From an uncultured delta proteobacterium (GTDB lineage Bacteria; Myxococcota_A; Polyangia; Fen-1088), in NCBI GenBank assembly GCA_963737265.1, contig CAVTRY010000011.1, positions 640,001 to 704,000 on the forward strand: 64,000 nt of DNA. Direction: 5' to 3'. Below, one piece after another: positions 41,485 to 49,855 of the stretch (position 1 is its first letter; every line of letters begins with the position of its first letter). The notes beneath the pieces were generated by a model. That model did not search any database and was not told the DNA's origin. It saw only the letters and a program-made list of their open reading frames with translations. A program made the position numbers and the translations under genes.

Positions 41485-41897
41485 AAGCGGTCGTCGACAC
41501 GAACGTCCTCGCGTATTTTCTTTTGGGCACGCGACCTTTCGTCGAGGAAGCGAGCCGCTTTTGGCACGCGATCGATGGTGCCTTGGCGCCGGCAGTGTGG
41601 GAAGCTGAACTAGCGAATGTCATTTGGATGGCCGTGCGGGCCGACGCCATCGAGGCCGAGGACGCCAGGAGACGCCTCAGCCTCGCGGCGAAGATGGGCA
41701 TTCAATCCGTCCCGAGCAAGACTATGTGGCACGGCGCTCTTGAACGGGCGATTCAGTCGGGGGTGGCGGTGTACGACACCCTGTTCGTTGAACTCGCCAA
41801 ACGCGAGAACCTTCCGCTTGCAACCTTCGATGCGAAGGTGCTCGCGGCGTTCCCTGACATTGCTGTCCGCCCGAAAATCCTCGTCCCACAACACTGA
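41481..41897 (+). CDS. vapC: VapC/PIN-domain toxin
   Basis: VVDTNVL, ELANV, VYDTLFVELA, LATFD; ATGA overlap with the antitoxin. Confidence 0.9.
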   Translation: MKAVVDTNVLAYFLLGTRPFVEEASRFWHAIDGALAPAVWEAELANVIWMAVRADAIEAEDARRRLSLAAKMGIQSVPSKTMWHGALERAIQSGVAVYDTLFVELAKRENLPLATFDAKVLAAFPDIAVRPKILVPQH

Positions 41898-41918
41898 ACC
41901 AGTCCGACTAACGCCTTG

Positions 41919-42051
41919 CCGGGATCCCCTCCGAGGGTACTTTCCGGGATCCCCTCCGGGATCCCCTCCGAGGGTACTTTCCGGGATCCCCTCTCCGGGA
42001 TCCCCTCCGAGGGTACTTTCCAGTGCCGGGATCCCCTCCGAGGGTACTTTC
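41919..42051 (+). repeat. REP-like short repeat array (CCGGGATCCCCTCCGAGGGTACTTT), left part
   Basis: 4 full units plus partial units. Confidence 0.9.
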
Positions 42052-42163
42052 TGCTGAGCGACAATTACATCTCCCCAAAGACGACAGCTACGTCGCCCCG
42101 CTTTGAGGCGCGACGGTGACCGTGAGGTAGACCTCCAAGCCCGCAAGCGGGCAGGAGGCACCT

Positions 42164-43663
42164 TTGAAGCCGGTCACCGACGCCCAAGTGAGGCGTTTGA
42201 TGGAAGAGATGAGCAAGATTGGAAAAGTAGGCCAGGCCGCCATGAAGGCGGGCATGGACCGGAAGACAGGGCGGCGATACATCGCCGCGGGCAAGCTACC
42301 GTCGGAGCTACGGCAGCCGCGGTGGTGGCGGACGCGCCCTGACGCGTTCGCCGAGGACTGGCCAGCCGTGGCCAAGTTGCTGGAGGAAACGCCTGGGCTG
42401 GAGGCTCAGACGGTGCTGGAGCTGCTGGAGGCGAAGCAGCCAGGGCGGTACAACGAGAGCCATCTTCGGACAATGCAGCGGCGAATCCGTCGCTGGCGGG
42501 CCGAGCATGGTCCTGCGCGTGAGATTTGGTTCACGCAGGCGCATCGGCCCGGTGAAGCCGCGCAAACCGACTTCACGTCGACGGCGGAGCTTGGTGTGAC
42601 GATCGTGGGCCAGCTATTTGTGCACCTTTTGTGCGTGACGGTGCTGCCGTACTCGAACTGGCAATGGGCGACCGCGTGTCTGTCGGAGTCTCTGGCAGCG
42701 CTTCGGCGAGGGATCCAGTCGGCGCTGTTCCAGCTTGGGCGGGTGCCGCGATACCACCAAACCGACCACTCGACGGCGGCGACACATCAGATCGCTCGCG
42801 ATGCGGAAGATCGCACTTTCAACGATGAATACAAGGCGGTCATGCGGCACCTCGGAATGGAGCCACGAACTACAGCCGTCGGGGCCAAGGAACAAAACGG
42901 CGATGTGGAGGCCAGCAACGGCGCGCTCAAGCGTCGGCTTGAACAAGCGCTGCTGGTGCGTGGCAGCCGCGACTTCGCGGACCAAGACGACTACGAACGC
43001 TTCGTAGCCAAGGTGGTCCGCAAAGCCAACGCTTCGCGAGGCCCGCGCGTCGCCGAGGAGATCGAAGCCATGCGGCCGCTGGTGGTGGAGCGTTTGCCGG
43101 AGTACGCAGAAATGACGGCACCTGTGGCGTCGACGAGCACCATCCGGGTCAAGTCGTGCGCCTACTCGGTGCCGTCGAGGCTGATCGGCGCACGGGTGAG
43201 AGTCCGCGTGTTCGAGCACCGAATCGAGGTGTACTACGCCGACAACTTGGAATTGGCCTGCGACAGGCTGCGAGGCAAGACCGCGCGCATCGACTACCGG
43301 CACGTCATCTGGTCTTTGGTGCGCAAGCCGGGCGCGTTTTCTCGCTACGTCTACCGAGAAGAGCTGTTTCCAAGCGTGACTTTCAGGCGGGCATACGACG
43401 CGATCCAGGCGACCAAGCCTGGAATCAAAGGCGACGTTGAATACCTGCGCATTCTTCACCTGGCCGCCAGCACGATGGAAGCCGATGTTGAGCAAGCGCT
43501 CACGACTCTGCTTGCCGATGGGACCATCTTGACGGCGGATGCAACCAAGAAGAGATGCACACAGGCGACGGACAGTACCTATCCACCGAGCGTCCCCGCG
43601 CTCGAAGCACCGCTGGTCGATCTCGCGTCCTACGACCTGCTCCTCGAACAGGTGGCATCATGA
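42164..43663 (+). CDS. istA: IS21 transposase IstA
   Basis: MDRKTGRRY, PGEAAQTDF, NGDVEASNG, YSVPSRLIG. Confidence 0.93.
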   Translation: MKPVTDAQVRRLMEEMSKIGKVGQAAMKAGMDRKTGRRYIAAGKLPSELRQPRWWRTRPDAFAEDWPAVAKLLEETPGLEAQTVLELLEAKQPGRYNESHLRTMQRRIRRWRAEHGPAREIWFTQAHRPGEAAQTDFTSTAELGVTIVGQLFVHLLCVTVLPYSNWQWATACLSESLAALRRGIQSALFQLGRVPRYHQTDHSTAATHQIARDAEDRTFNDEYKAVMRHLGMEPRTTAVGAKEQNGDVEASNGALKRRLEQALLVRGSRDFADQDDYERFVAKVVRKANASRGPRVAEEIEAMRPLVVERLPEYAEMTAPVASTSTIRVKSCAYSVPSRLIGARVRVRVFEHRIEVYYADNLELACDRLRGKTARIDYRHVIWSLVRKPGAFSRYVYREELFPSVTFRRAYDAIQATKPGIKGDVEYLRILHLAASTMEADVEQALTTLLADGTILTADATKKRCTQATDSTYPPSVPALEAPLVDLASYDLLLEQVAS

Positions 43664-44508
43664 CCAACGTCTCCGTAGACACGGTCAAGCCGAGCGCGCT
43701 CGACGCTCTGCTGGTGCTTCTGCGCGCGCTCAAGCTGCCTGCCTTCACCCGGCACGCCGAGGAGATCGCGATCAAGGCCAGCCGCGAGGGGTGGACCTTC
43801 AGCCAATACCTCCAGCACCTGGCCGAACTGGAAATCGAAGAGCGCCGAACCCGTCGCATCGATCGCGCGCTTCGCGATTCGGACCTTCCCACGGAGAAAA
43901 CCCTGGCCACCCTGGAACGTGGTCGGCTGTCACCCAAGGTGATGAAGCAGATGGCGAGCCTGTGTGAGGGTGGCTTTGTCGAACGTGGGGAGAACCTGCT
44001 CGTCTTCGGACTGCCCGGCCGAGGCAAAAGTCACGTTGTGGCTGCCATCGGCCACGAACTCATCCGGCGCGGCTACCGGGTCCTCTTCACGCCGACCTTC
44101 GCGCTTGTCCAGAGGCTGCTGGCCGCCAAGCGCGACCTTCGCCTGGAACGAGAACTGGCCGCGCTCGACATCTATCACGCCGTGATCCTCGACGACATCG
44201 GCTACGTCCAGCAGAGCCGCGATGAAATGGAGGTCCTTTTCACCTTCCTGGCCGAGCGGTACGAACGCAAGAGCGTCCTCATCACCAGCAACCTGGTCTT
44301 CAGCGATTGGATCCGCATTTTCAAGGATCCCATGACCACCGCCGCCGCCATCGACCGACTGGTCCACCACGCGGTCATCCTTGAGATGACCGGCCCCAGC
44401 TACCGCAGCGAAGAAGCACGAAAGAGAGGCGTCACCACCCCAGCGACAACTACGACAACTACCGATCAACCAACGACAACTACCCCCGACAACAATGGGG
44501 CGATGTAA
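43660..44508 (+). CDS. istB: IS21 helper ATPase IstB
   Basis: GLPGRGKSH, ILDDIGY, ITSNL, AAIDRLVHH. Confidence 0.95.
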   Translation: MTNVSVDTVKPSALDALLVLLRALKLPAFTRHAEEIAIKASREGWTFSQYLQHLAELEIEERRTRRIDRALRDSDLPTEKTLATLERGRLSPKVMKQMASLCEGGFVERGENLLVFGLPGRGKSHVVAAIGHELIRRGYRVLFTPTFALVQRLLAAKRDLRLERELAALDIYHAVILDDIGYVQQSRDEMEVLFTFLAERYERKSVLITSNLVFSDWIRIFKDPMTTAAAIDRLVHHAVILEMTGPSYRSEEARKRGVTTPATTTTTTDQPTTTTPDNNGAM

Positions 44509-44550
44509 TTGACGTCACCGGGTGAATGTAGTTGACGTCCAGCAACTTTC

Positions 44551-44800
44551 GGCGCCCGGGATCCCCTCCCAGTGTACCCGGGATCCCCTCCTCCGGGATC
44601 CCCTCCGAGGGTACTTTCCAGTGCCGGGATCCCCTCCGAGGGTACTTTCGGCGCCCGGGATCCCCTCCCAGTGTACCCGGGATCCCCTCCGAGGGTACTT
44701 GAGCCGTGGCAGCGCGGGCCCGGATCTCCCGGATCCCCTCCGAGGGTACTCCTCCCCGGGATCCCCTCCCCAGCCGGGAAAACCCGTCCGAGGGTACTTT
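44551..44800 (+). repeat. REP-like repeat array, continuation to the right of IS21
   Basis: 5 TCCGAGGGTACT cores plus partial GGGATCCCCTCC units. Confidence 0.9.
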
Positions 44801-44839
44801 TCCTCGCAACTTTCTGCTGCCGTTTCCGAGAACCCATGC

Positions 44840-45793
44840 ATGACCCTCCCTCGCCAGGTCGTGCCCGGCCGTGACTACATGATTACTCGTCGCTGTTCCG
44901 AGCGGCGCTTTTTCCTGCGCCCCGACGAAGACACAAACAACGCCTTCATCTATTATTGCCTGGCCCTGGCCGCCAGACGGGCCAAGGTGGAGGTCACGTT
45001 CTCGGTGGCTCTCTCGAACCACCACCACACCGGCATCCACGACCCCGACGGCAACTTCCCCATCTTCATCGAACACTTTCACGGCCTGCTCGCTCGCTGC
45101 CAAAACGCCTATCTCGGCCGCTTCGAAGGCTTCTGGTCATCCGAGCCAACCTCCGTGGTTCATCTGGTCGAGCCCAACGATATCCTCGACAAGATGACCT
45201 ATGCCTTCACCAATCCAACCGCCGCAAATCTGGTCGACACCGTCGAAGAATGGCCTGGCGTCGCCACGTTCCATGCGACCATTTCAGGCGGCCACCTCAC
45301 GGCGACGCGGCCGAAGCACTTCTTTCGCGACGATGGCGACTTGCCTGAAATCGCCAGCCTACCCATCGCGCGGCCGCAGGGCTATCAGCACCTCGATCAG
45401 CGCGAATGGGCCAGCCTCGTTACCGAACGCGTTCGCGCCGAGGAAGCAGACCAGCGCCAACGGCGGGTCGCCAAGGGCATCACCGTGCTCGGACGATACC
45501 GAATCTTGGAGCAGAATCCTTTTCAATGTCCACAGAGCCAGGCCCCGCGATTCCAGATGAGCCCGCGCGTGGCCGCGAAGAACAAGTGGGCGCGTATCGA
45601 GGCGCTCCTGCGCAACCGGGGCTTCATCGAGAAGTACCGGGATGCCTTCCTGGGTCACATGGCCGGGTTGGCGAACATCGTATTTCCCTTTGGCACCTAC
45701 TGGATGCGTAAGTTCGGCAAAGTCGCCTGCGAGGCCGCCGACGCCGTCGAGCAAGCGATCCTCTGCCCGCCCTTGGATCCCGCCGCCGCGTAG
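44840..45793 (+). CDS. RAYT-like HUH (Y1) transposase, copy 1 (full length, 317 aa)
   Basis: YMITRRC, LSNHHH (HUH-like), RFEGFW, catalytic-type YAFTNP, EEWPG. Confidence 0.8.
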   Translation: MTLPRQVVPGRDYMITRRCSERRFFLRPDEDTNNAFIYYCLALAARRAKVEVTFSVALSNHHHTGIHDPDGNFPIFIEHFHGLLARCQNAYLGRFEGFWSSEPTSVVHLVEPNDILDKMTYAFTNPTAANLVDTVEEWPGVATFHATISGGHLTATRPKHFFRDDGDLPEIASLPIARPQGYQHLDQREWASLVTERVRAEEADQRQRRVAKGITVLGRYRILEQNPFQCPQSQAPRFQMSPRVAAKNKWARIEALLRNRGFIEKYRDAFLGHMAGLANIVFPFGTYWMRKFGKVACEAADAVEQAILCPPLDPAAA

Positions 45794-45885
45794 CTGGTGC
45801 CTTCCCATCAAATGAAAATCGCGGTCCCCGCCCGCGCGCTTGCAACATCGCAAGGCCCCTCCCTCTCTCTTCAGATCCTGCCGTG

Positions 45886-46340
45886 AGCTCGCTGCTTGTC
45901 GATTCTGGAGGAATCGCCGCGCAGCACTGGAATGTTGCTCCGGGCCCGCTGCTCGTGCGACTGCCCGATCCGTTGTTCCTTTCCCGCGAACGACCCTCGG
46001 ACCGGAACCACGGGGAACCACGAACGACCCTCGGACCGGAACCACGCAGCTCGCTGCTTGTCGATTCTGGAGGGATCGCCGCGCAGCACTGGAATGTTGC
46101 TCCGGGCCCGCTGCTCGTGCGACTGCCCGATCCGTTGTTCCTTTCCCGCGAACGACCCTCGGACCGGAACCACGCGAACGCGAACGACCCGACCGGAACC
46201 ACGGGGAACCACGAACGACCCTCGGACCGGAACCACGCGGACCGGAACCACGGGGAACCACGAACGACCCTCGGACCGGAACCACGCGGACCGGAACCAC
46301 GCGAACGACCCTCGGACCGGAACCACGGAACCACGGACCG
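45886..46340 (-). repeat. Inverted-orientation repeat array (CGTGGTTCCGGTCCGAGGGTCGTTCG on minus strand) including a 127-bp duplication
   Basis: 6 full ACCCTCGGACCGGAACCACG units; 45886..46012 repeats at 46048..46174. Confidence 0.9.
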
Positions 46341-46433
46341 AGAATACTCTTCGACATCAACGAATGAATGATTGAGCGCTCACTGCGCACAGGACCTCCG
46401 CCCGGGCACGCGCAAGGCTGACGCCTTTCGCGC

Positions 46434-47566
46434 CTATTTCTGTCCGTTTCCGCCGAATTCGCGCGGCTCGACAACCAGAGGGGGAGTTCCTTTCCCGGAC
46501 GCGGTAACATGAATCACGTCGATATCCACCGCGTCGAGATCTGCAATGTGCGGTGGCCCGAGCCGGATGGTGTTCTTTCCCGCCGCAAGGGTCAGCGAAG
46601 TCGTGGCTGCGTGGATGACATCCCAAGAGCCGCCGAAACAAGGGAACTGCCAGAAGGGCGTGGTGTGGTTGGCACCATCGATCTGCGTCCCGTTCACCGC
46701 GATAAGGTGCGGCCGACACCCAGGCTGTGGATTCGCCTTGGGATTGAAGTAGGTCATCCAGGTCGGGGCCGGGACGCCGCCGCAATCGGCGTCAGTCCAG
46801 TTGTCGTTATTCCCGCAGTGGTACCACCAGGTGATGTCGTAGGCCCCAGCGGCGGGCACGGTGACGGCGGTGAAGGTCACGCCACTGCCGTTGGTTCCGC
46901 CACGGCCAAGAAGTTGCGTAAGCTTGCCACCCCCGCTGCAGCAAACCGCGCCTTCCGCCACTGTCTTGCAGGTCGGCCCGCACGGCGTCACCTCTACTGT
47001 CCCCCCCAATTTCGAAGTTTCCGGGATATTTTCCGGCGCCTCGGCCTCGTACCAGAGGTCGACGTCCCCCCCGCGATCGTGCCGCCCGCACCGCCGGTGC
47101 CGCTCGTGCCGCCCGCGGCACTCGTGCCACCCGCAGCACTCGTGCCGCCCGCGGCGCTCGTGCCGCCCTTCGACGTTGCGCCGCCAGTTCCGGGAATGGC
47201 GCCCGCAGCACCGCCAGCCGAAGTTGAACCTCCCAACCCTCCTGAACTCGCAACGCCACCAGTCGACGCCCCGCCCGCTGCACTCGCTCCGCCCGCGGTC
47301 GTTGCGCCCCCAGCGGCAGTCACGCCCCCGGCAGTTGATGCCCCACCGCCACCGCTACCTCCTGCGCTCGCGACTGTTCCGCCAGCGGAAGTCGCTCCGC
47401 CGGAGCCTGGAAGCGCGCCGCCAAAGCCACCGCTCTTTCCCCCTGATACGGTCGCGCCACCCGTACCAGTGGCGGTGCCGGTGTTCGACGTGCAGCTAGC
47501 CGCCAGCAAGGCGACCAACGCAGCGCCGGCCCAAAGACTGAAACGACAGCAGAATGAACGCGTCAT
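46434..47566 (-). CDS. Gly-linker lipoprotein with a CBM6/35-like domain; frameshift near 47050
   Basis: LLAASC lipobox, Gly/Thr linker, (W)YEAE in an alternate frame, VTVPAAGAYDITWWY, LAAGKNTIRL. Confidence 0.65.
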
Positions 47567-47676
47567 GGGAACCTCGTCGATGAAAAAGGGTGGAGTGGCG
47601 GACAAGAGGATCGAAAGCGTGTGGGAGTCAATGGATCTTGTCAGCGCGTGGGTCGACCGCGCGCAGTAGCGATCGG

Positions 47677-48828
47677 TCAGGAACCAGACACGACCGGCGT
47701 AACCAGCTTCGGCCAGAGGGGGTCTGGGGCGACTCCCTTCCCATTCGGCTGTACATCCAGCGCATCAATGTCCGCGGCGTCCAGCGTGGTCGCGCCGGGC
47801 GCGTGGATGAGAATGGTGTTCGCTCCGGCTTTCAACGGAAGGGACGTCGTCGCGCCGTGAAGAGTGGACCAAGGCGCTGTGTAACAAGGGAACTGGTAGT
47901 AGAGCGCCGTCTGGCCGCCTACGGTCGATGACATCGGAACGCCGTTCACATCGATGAGATGTGGCCGGCACCCTGTGCCCGCCCCGGTGTTGTAGTTGAG
48001 TCCACCGCACTTGGTGTCTCCAAAGACGTCAGCGTGCCCGGGTGTGTCCGGCCCGCAATGGTACCACCACGTGACGTCGTAGTTGCCTGCAGCTGGGACG
48101 GTGACCGCATTGAATTGGACTCCCCCACCCTTGTTTTGGCAATTTGTGTAGCTTGACGTTGAAGTGGGCGGATCGCACGGGCTTCGTCCGAGAATTTGAT
48201 TAACAACCTTCCCACCTGAGGCGCAATTGGCACCCTCCTTCACCCCGTCCACTGCGCAGGGGGCGCCCTCTCCAGCGGTCACGCCTTCGACTGGATAGGT
48301 CAGCGTGTTCAGTGGGGACTCGGCCTCGTATCTCATGAAGAAGTTGGCCGGCACATCCGAGCCACCGCCCACACCGCTCGATCCTCCTGCGGAGGATCCT
48401 CCTGCACCACCTGCGTTGACGCCGCCGGTCCCAGCTAAACTGCCGCCGGCTTGCCCCGCATCTGGAACCGTGTTTCCGCCGGTGAAACTGTTGCCGCCAG
48501 TGCCAGTCGTCACGCCACCGGTACCTGGCTGGCCCCCGGTCTGCGCCGCTCCGCCGTTCTGGCTCCCTCCGCCGCCGGTGCCACTCGACACCACAGTTGA
48601 CGCTCCACCGCCACTGCTACCTCCCGTGCTCGCGACTGTTCCGCCAACGGAAGGCGCTCCACCGAAGCCTGGAAGCGCGCCGCCAACGCTGTCGCTCGCT
48701 CCCCCTGATGCGGTCGCGCCACCGGTAGCAGTGGTACTGCTGGTCTTCGACGTGCAGCTAGCCGCGAGCAAGGCGACCAATGCACCGCCGGCCCAAAGAC
48801 TGGAACGACAGCAGAATAGACACGTCAT
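47677..48828 (-). CDS. Gly-linker lipoprotein with a CBM6/35-like domain (paralog of the adjacent gene)
   Basis: Same signal peptide, RYEAE, VTVPAAGNYDVTWWYHCG, LKAGANTI. Confidence 0.7.
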   Translation of the reverse strand: MTCLFCCRSSLWAGGALVALLAASCTSKTSSTTATGGATASGGASDSVGGALPGFGGAPSVGGTVASTGGSSGGGASTVVSSGTGGGGSQNGGAAQTGGQPGTGGVTTGTGGNSFTGGNTVPDAGQAGGSLAGTGGVNAGGAGGSSAGGSSGVGGGSDVPANFFMRYEAESPLNTLTYPVEGVTAGEGAPCAVDGVKEGANCASGGKVVNQILGRSPCDPPTSTSSYTNCQNKGGGVQFNAVTVPAAGNYDVTWWYHCGPDTPGHADVFGDTKCGGLNYNTGAGTGCRPHLIDVNGVPMSSTVGGQTALYYQFPCYTAPWSTLHGATTSLPLKAGANTILIHAPGATTLDAADIDALDVQPNGKGVAPDPLWPKLVTPVVSGS

Positions 48829-49042
48829 GAGGACCTCATCAATGAAACGGTGGATTGGGAAAATGGAGGATCGAAAGGATCGGAGTCAATGGCTCATGCG
48901 GGCGGTGTCCTGCCAGCGGTGCCCACACCGGTTGTGGGACGTAGACAGACCTCCCAAAGCTTCTATCGGCTCAGGCGCAGGTTGCCGTTCTTTGGTGTTT
49001 TTCTGTTGCGCTATGAATGGTCCCGTGCTACGCGTCTGGTCT

Positions 49043-49855
49043 ATGGCTTTTCCCGTACGCTCATCCCTAGTTCTTGGCTTGGTGACGCTCGCATTCGCGG
49101 GTTCCGCCTCCGCCGCCGATAGGGCGAAGTCGAGGGGAGCGCGGGAGAAAGCCGCCAAGAAGGCGTGTTCTGTGGGGGACTTCCAAAAGGGCGTGGATAT
49201 CCTGGGAGATCTCTTCGTCGAAACCAACGATTTCAACTACGTCTACAACCAGGGCAGATGTCTCCAGCAAAACAGCCGCTGGGAGCAAGCCGTCAATCGA
49301 TTTCGCGAATTCCTGCGTAAAGCAAAGGATCTTTCTGAGAGTGACAGAGTCGAGGTCGATCGTCAAGTCAGCGAATGCGAAAATTCGCTCGCCAAGGCGG
49401 CCCAGGTGGCGCCACCACCGGTCACCGCGGCGCCGCCGACGGTCGCGCGCGTCGAAACGCCGGACCCTGCGCCTGAACCGACGACACCCGAGGTCGCGAC
49501 CAAGCCGACTCCACCGCCGTCGGACGGCAGTCAAGGCAAGGGCCTTCGTACCGCCGGAATCATCTGCGCGGTCGTCGGACTTGCCGCGGTCGGCACCGGC
49601 GTCGGCTTGGCCTTGAAAACCCAAAGTATCACTTCCGATGAGAAGACGGCGGGAGGAGCCACCAAGTCCCAGGAGGATGAGCGCAAGTCCCTGATAACCT
49701 TGGGCTGGGTCAGCTACGGCGTCGGCGCGGCAGCTATCGCAACCGGCGCGATTCTCTATATCGTGGGTTGGCCGAGCGCCCAGTCGACCAGCGTTGCGCT
49801 GTCGCCTGTCCTCGGCCCCGACGGGGCTTCCGTGATGCTGAAAGGGAAATTCTAA
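49043..49855 (+). CDS. Secreted TPR-like membrane protein
   Basis: Signal peptide, YVYNQGRC...AVNRFREFL, Pro linker, C-terminal TM helices. Confidence 0.65.
   Translation: MAFPVRSSLVLGLVTLAFAGSASAADRAKSRGAREKAAKKACSVGDFQKGVDILGDLFVETNDFNYVYNQGRCLQQNSRWEQAVNRFREFLRKAKDLSESDRVEVDRQVSECENSLAKAAQVAPPPVTAAPPTVARVETPDPAPEPTTPEVATKPTPPPSDGSQGKGLRTAGIICAVVGLAAVGTGVGLALKTQSITSDEKTAGGATKSQEDERKSLITLGWVSYGVGAAAIATGAILYIVGWPSAQSTSVALSPVLGPDGASVMLKGKF

Larger units (their letters stand above)
42052..44544 (+). mobile_element. IS21-family insertion sequence with 6-bp target duplication ACTTTC
   Basis: Ends TGCTGAGCGACAATTACAT and ATGTAGTTGACGTCCAGCA; ACTTTC at 42046-42051 and 44545-44550; carries istA and istB. 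Confidence 0.92.

Noticed and set aside
41919-46340. Repeat arrays as a CRISPR array
   Set aside because: There are no unique constant-length spacers, the units are irregular and partial, and no cas genes are present.
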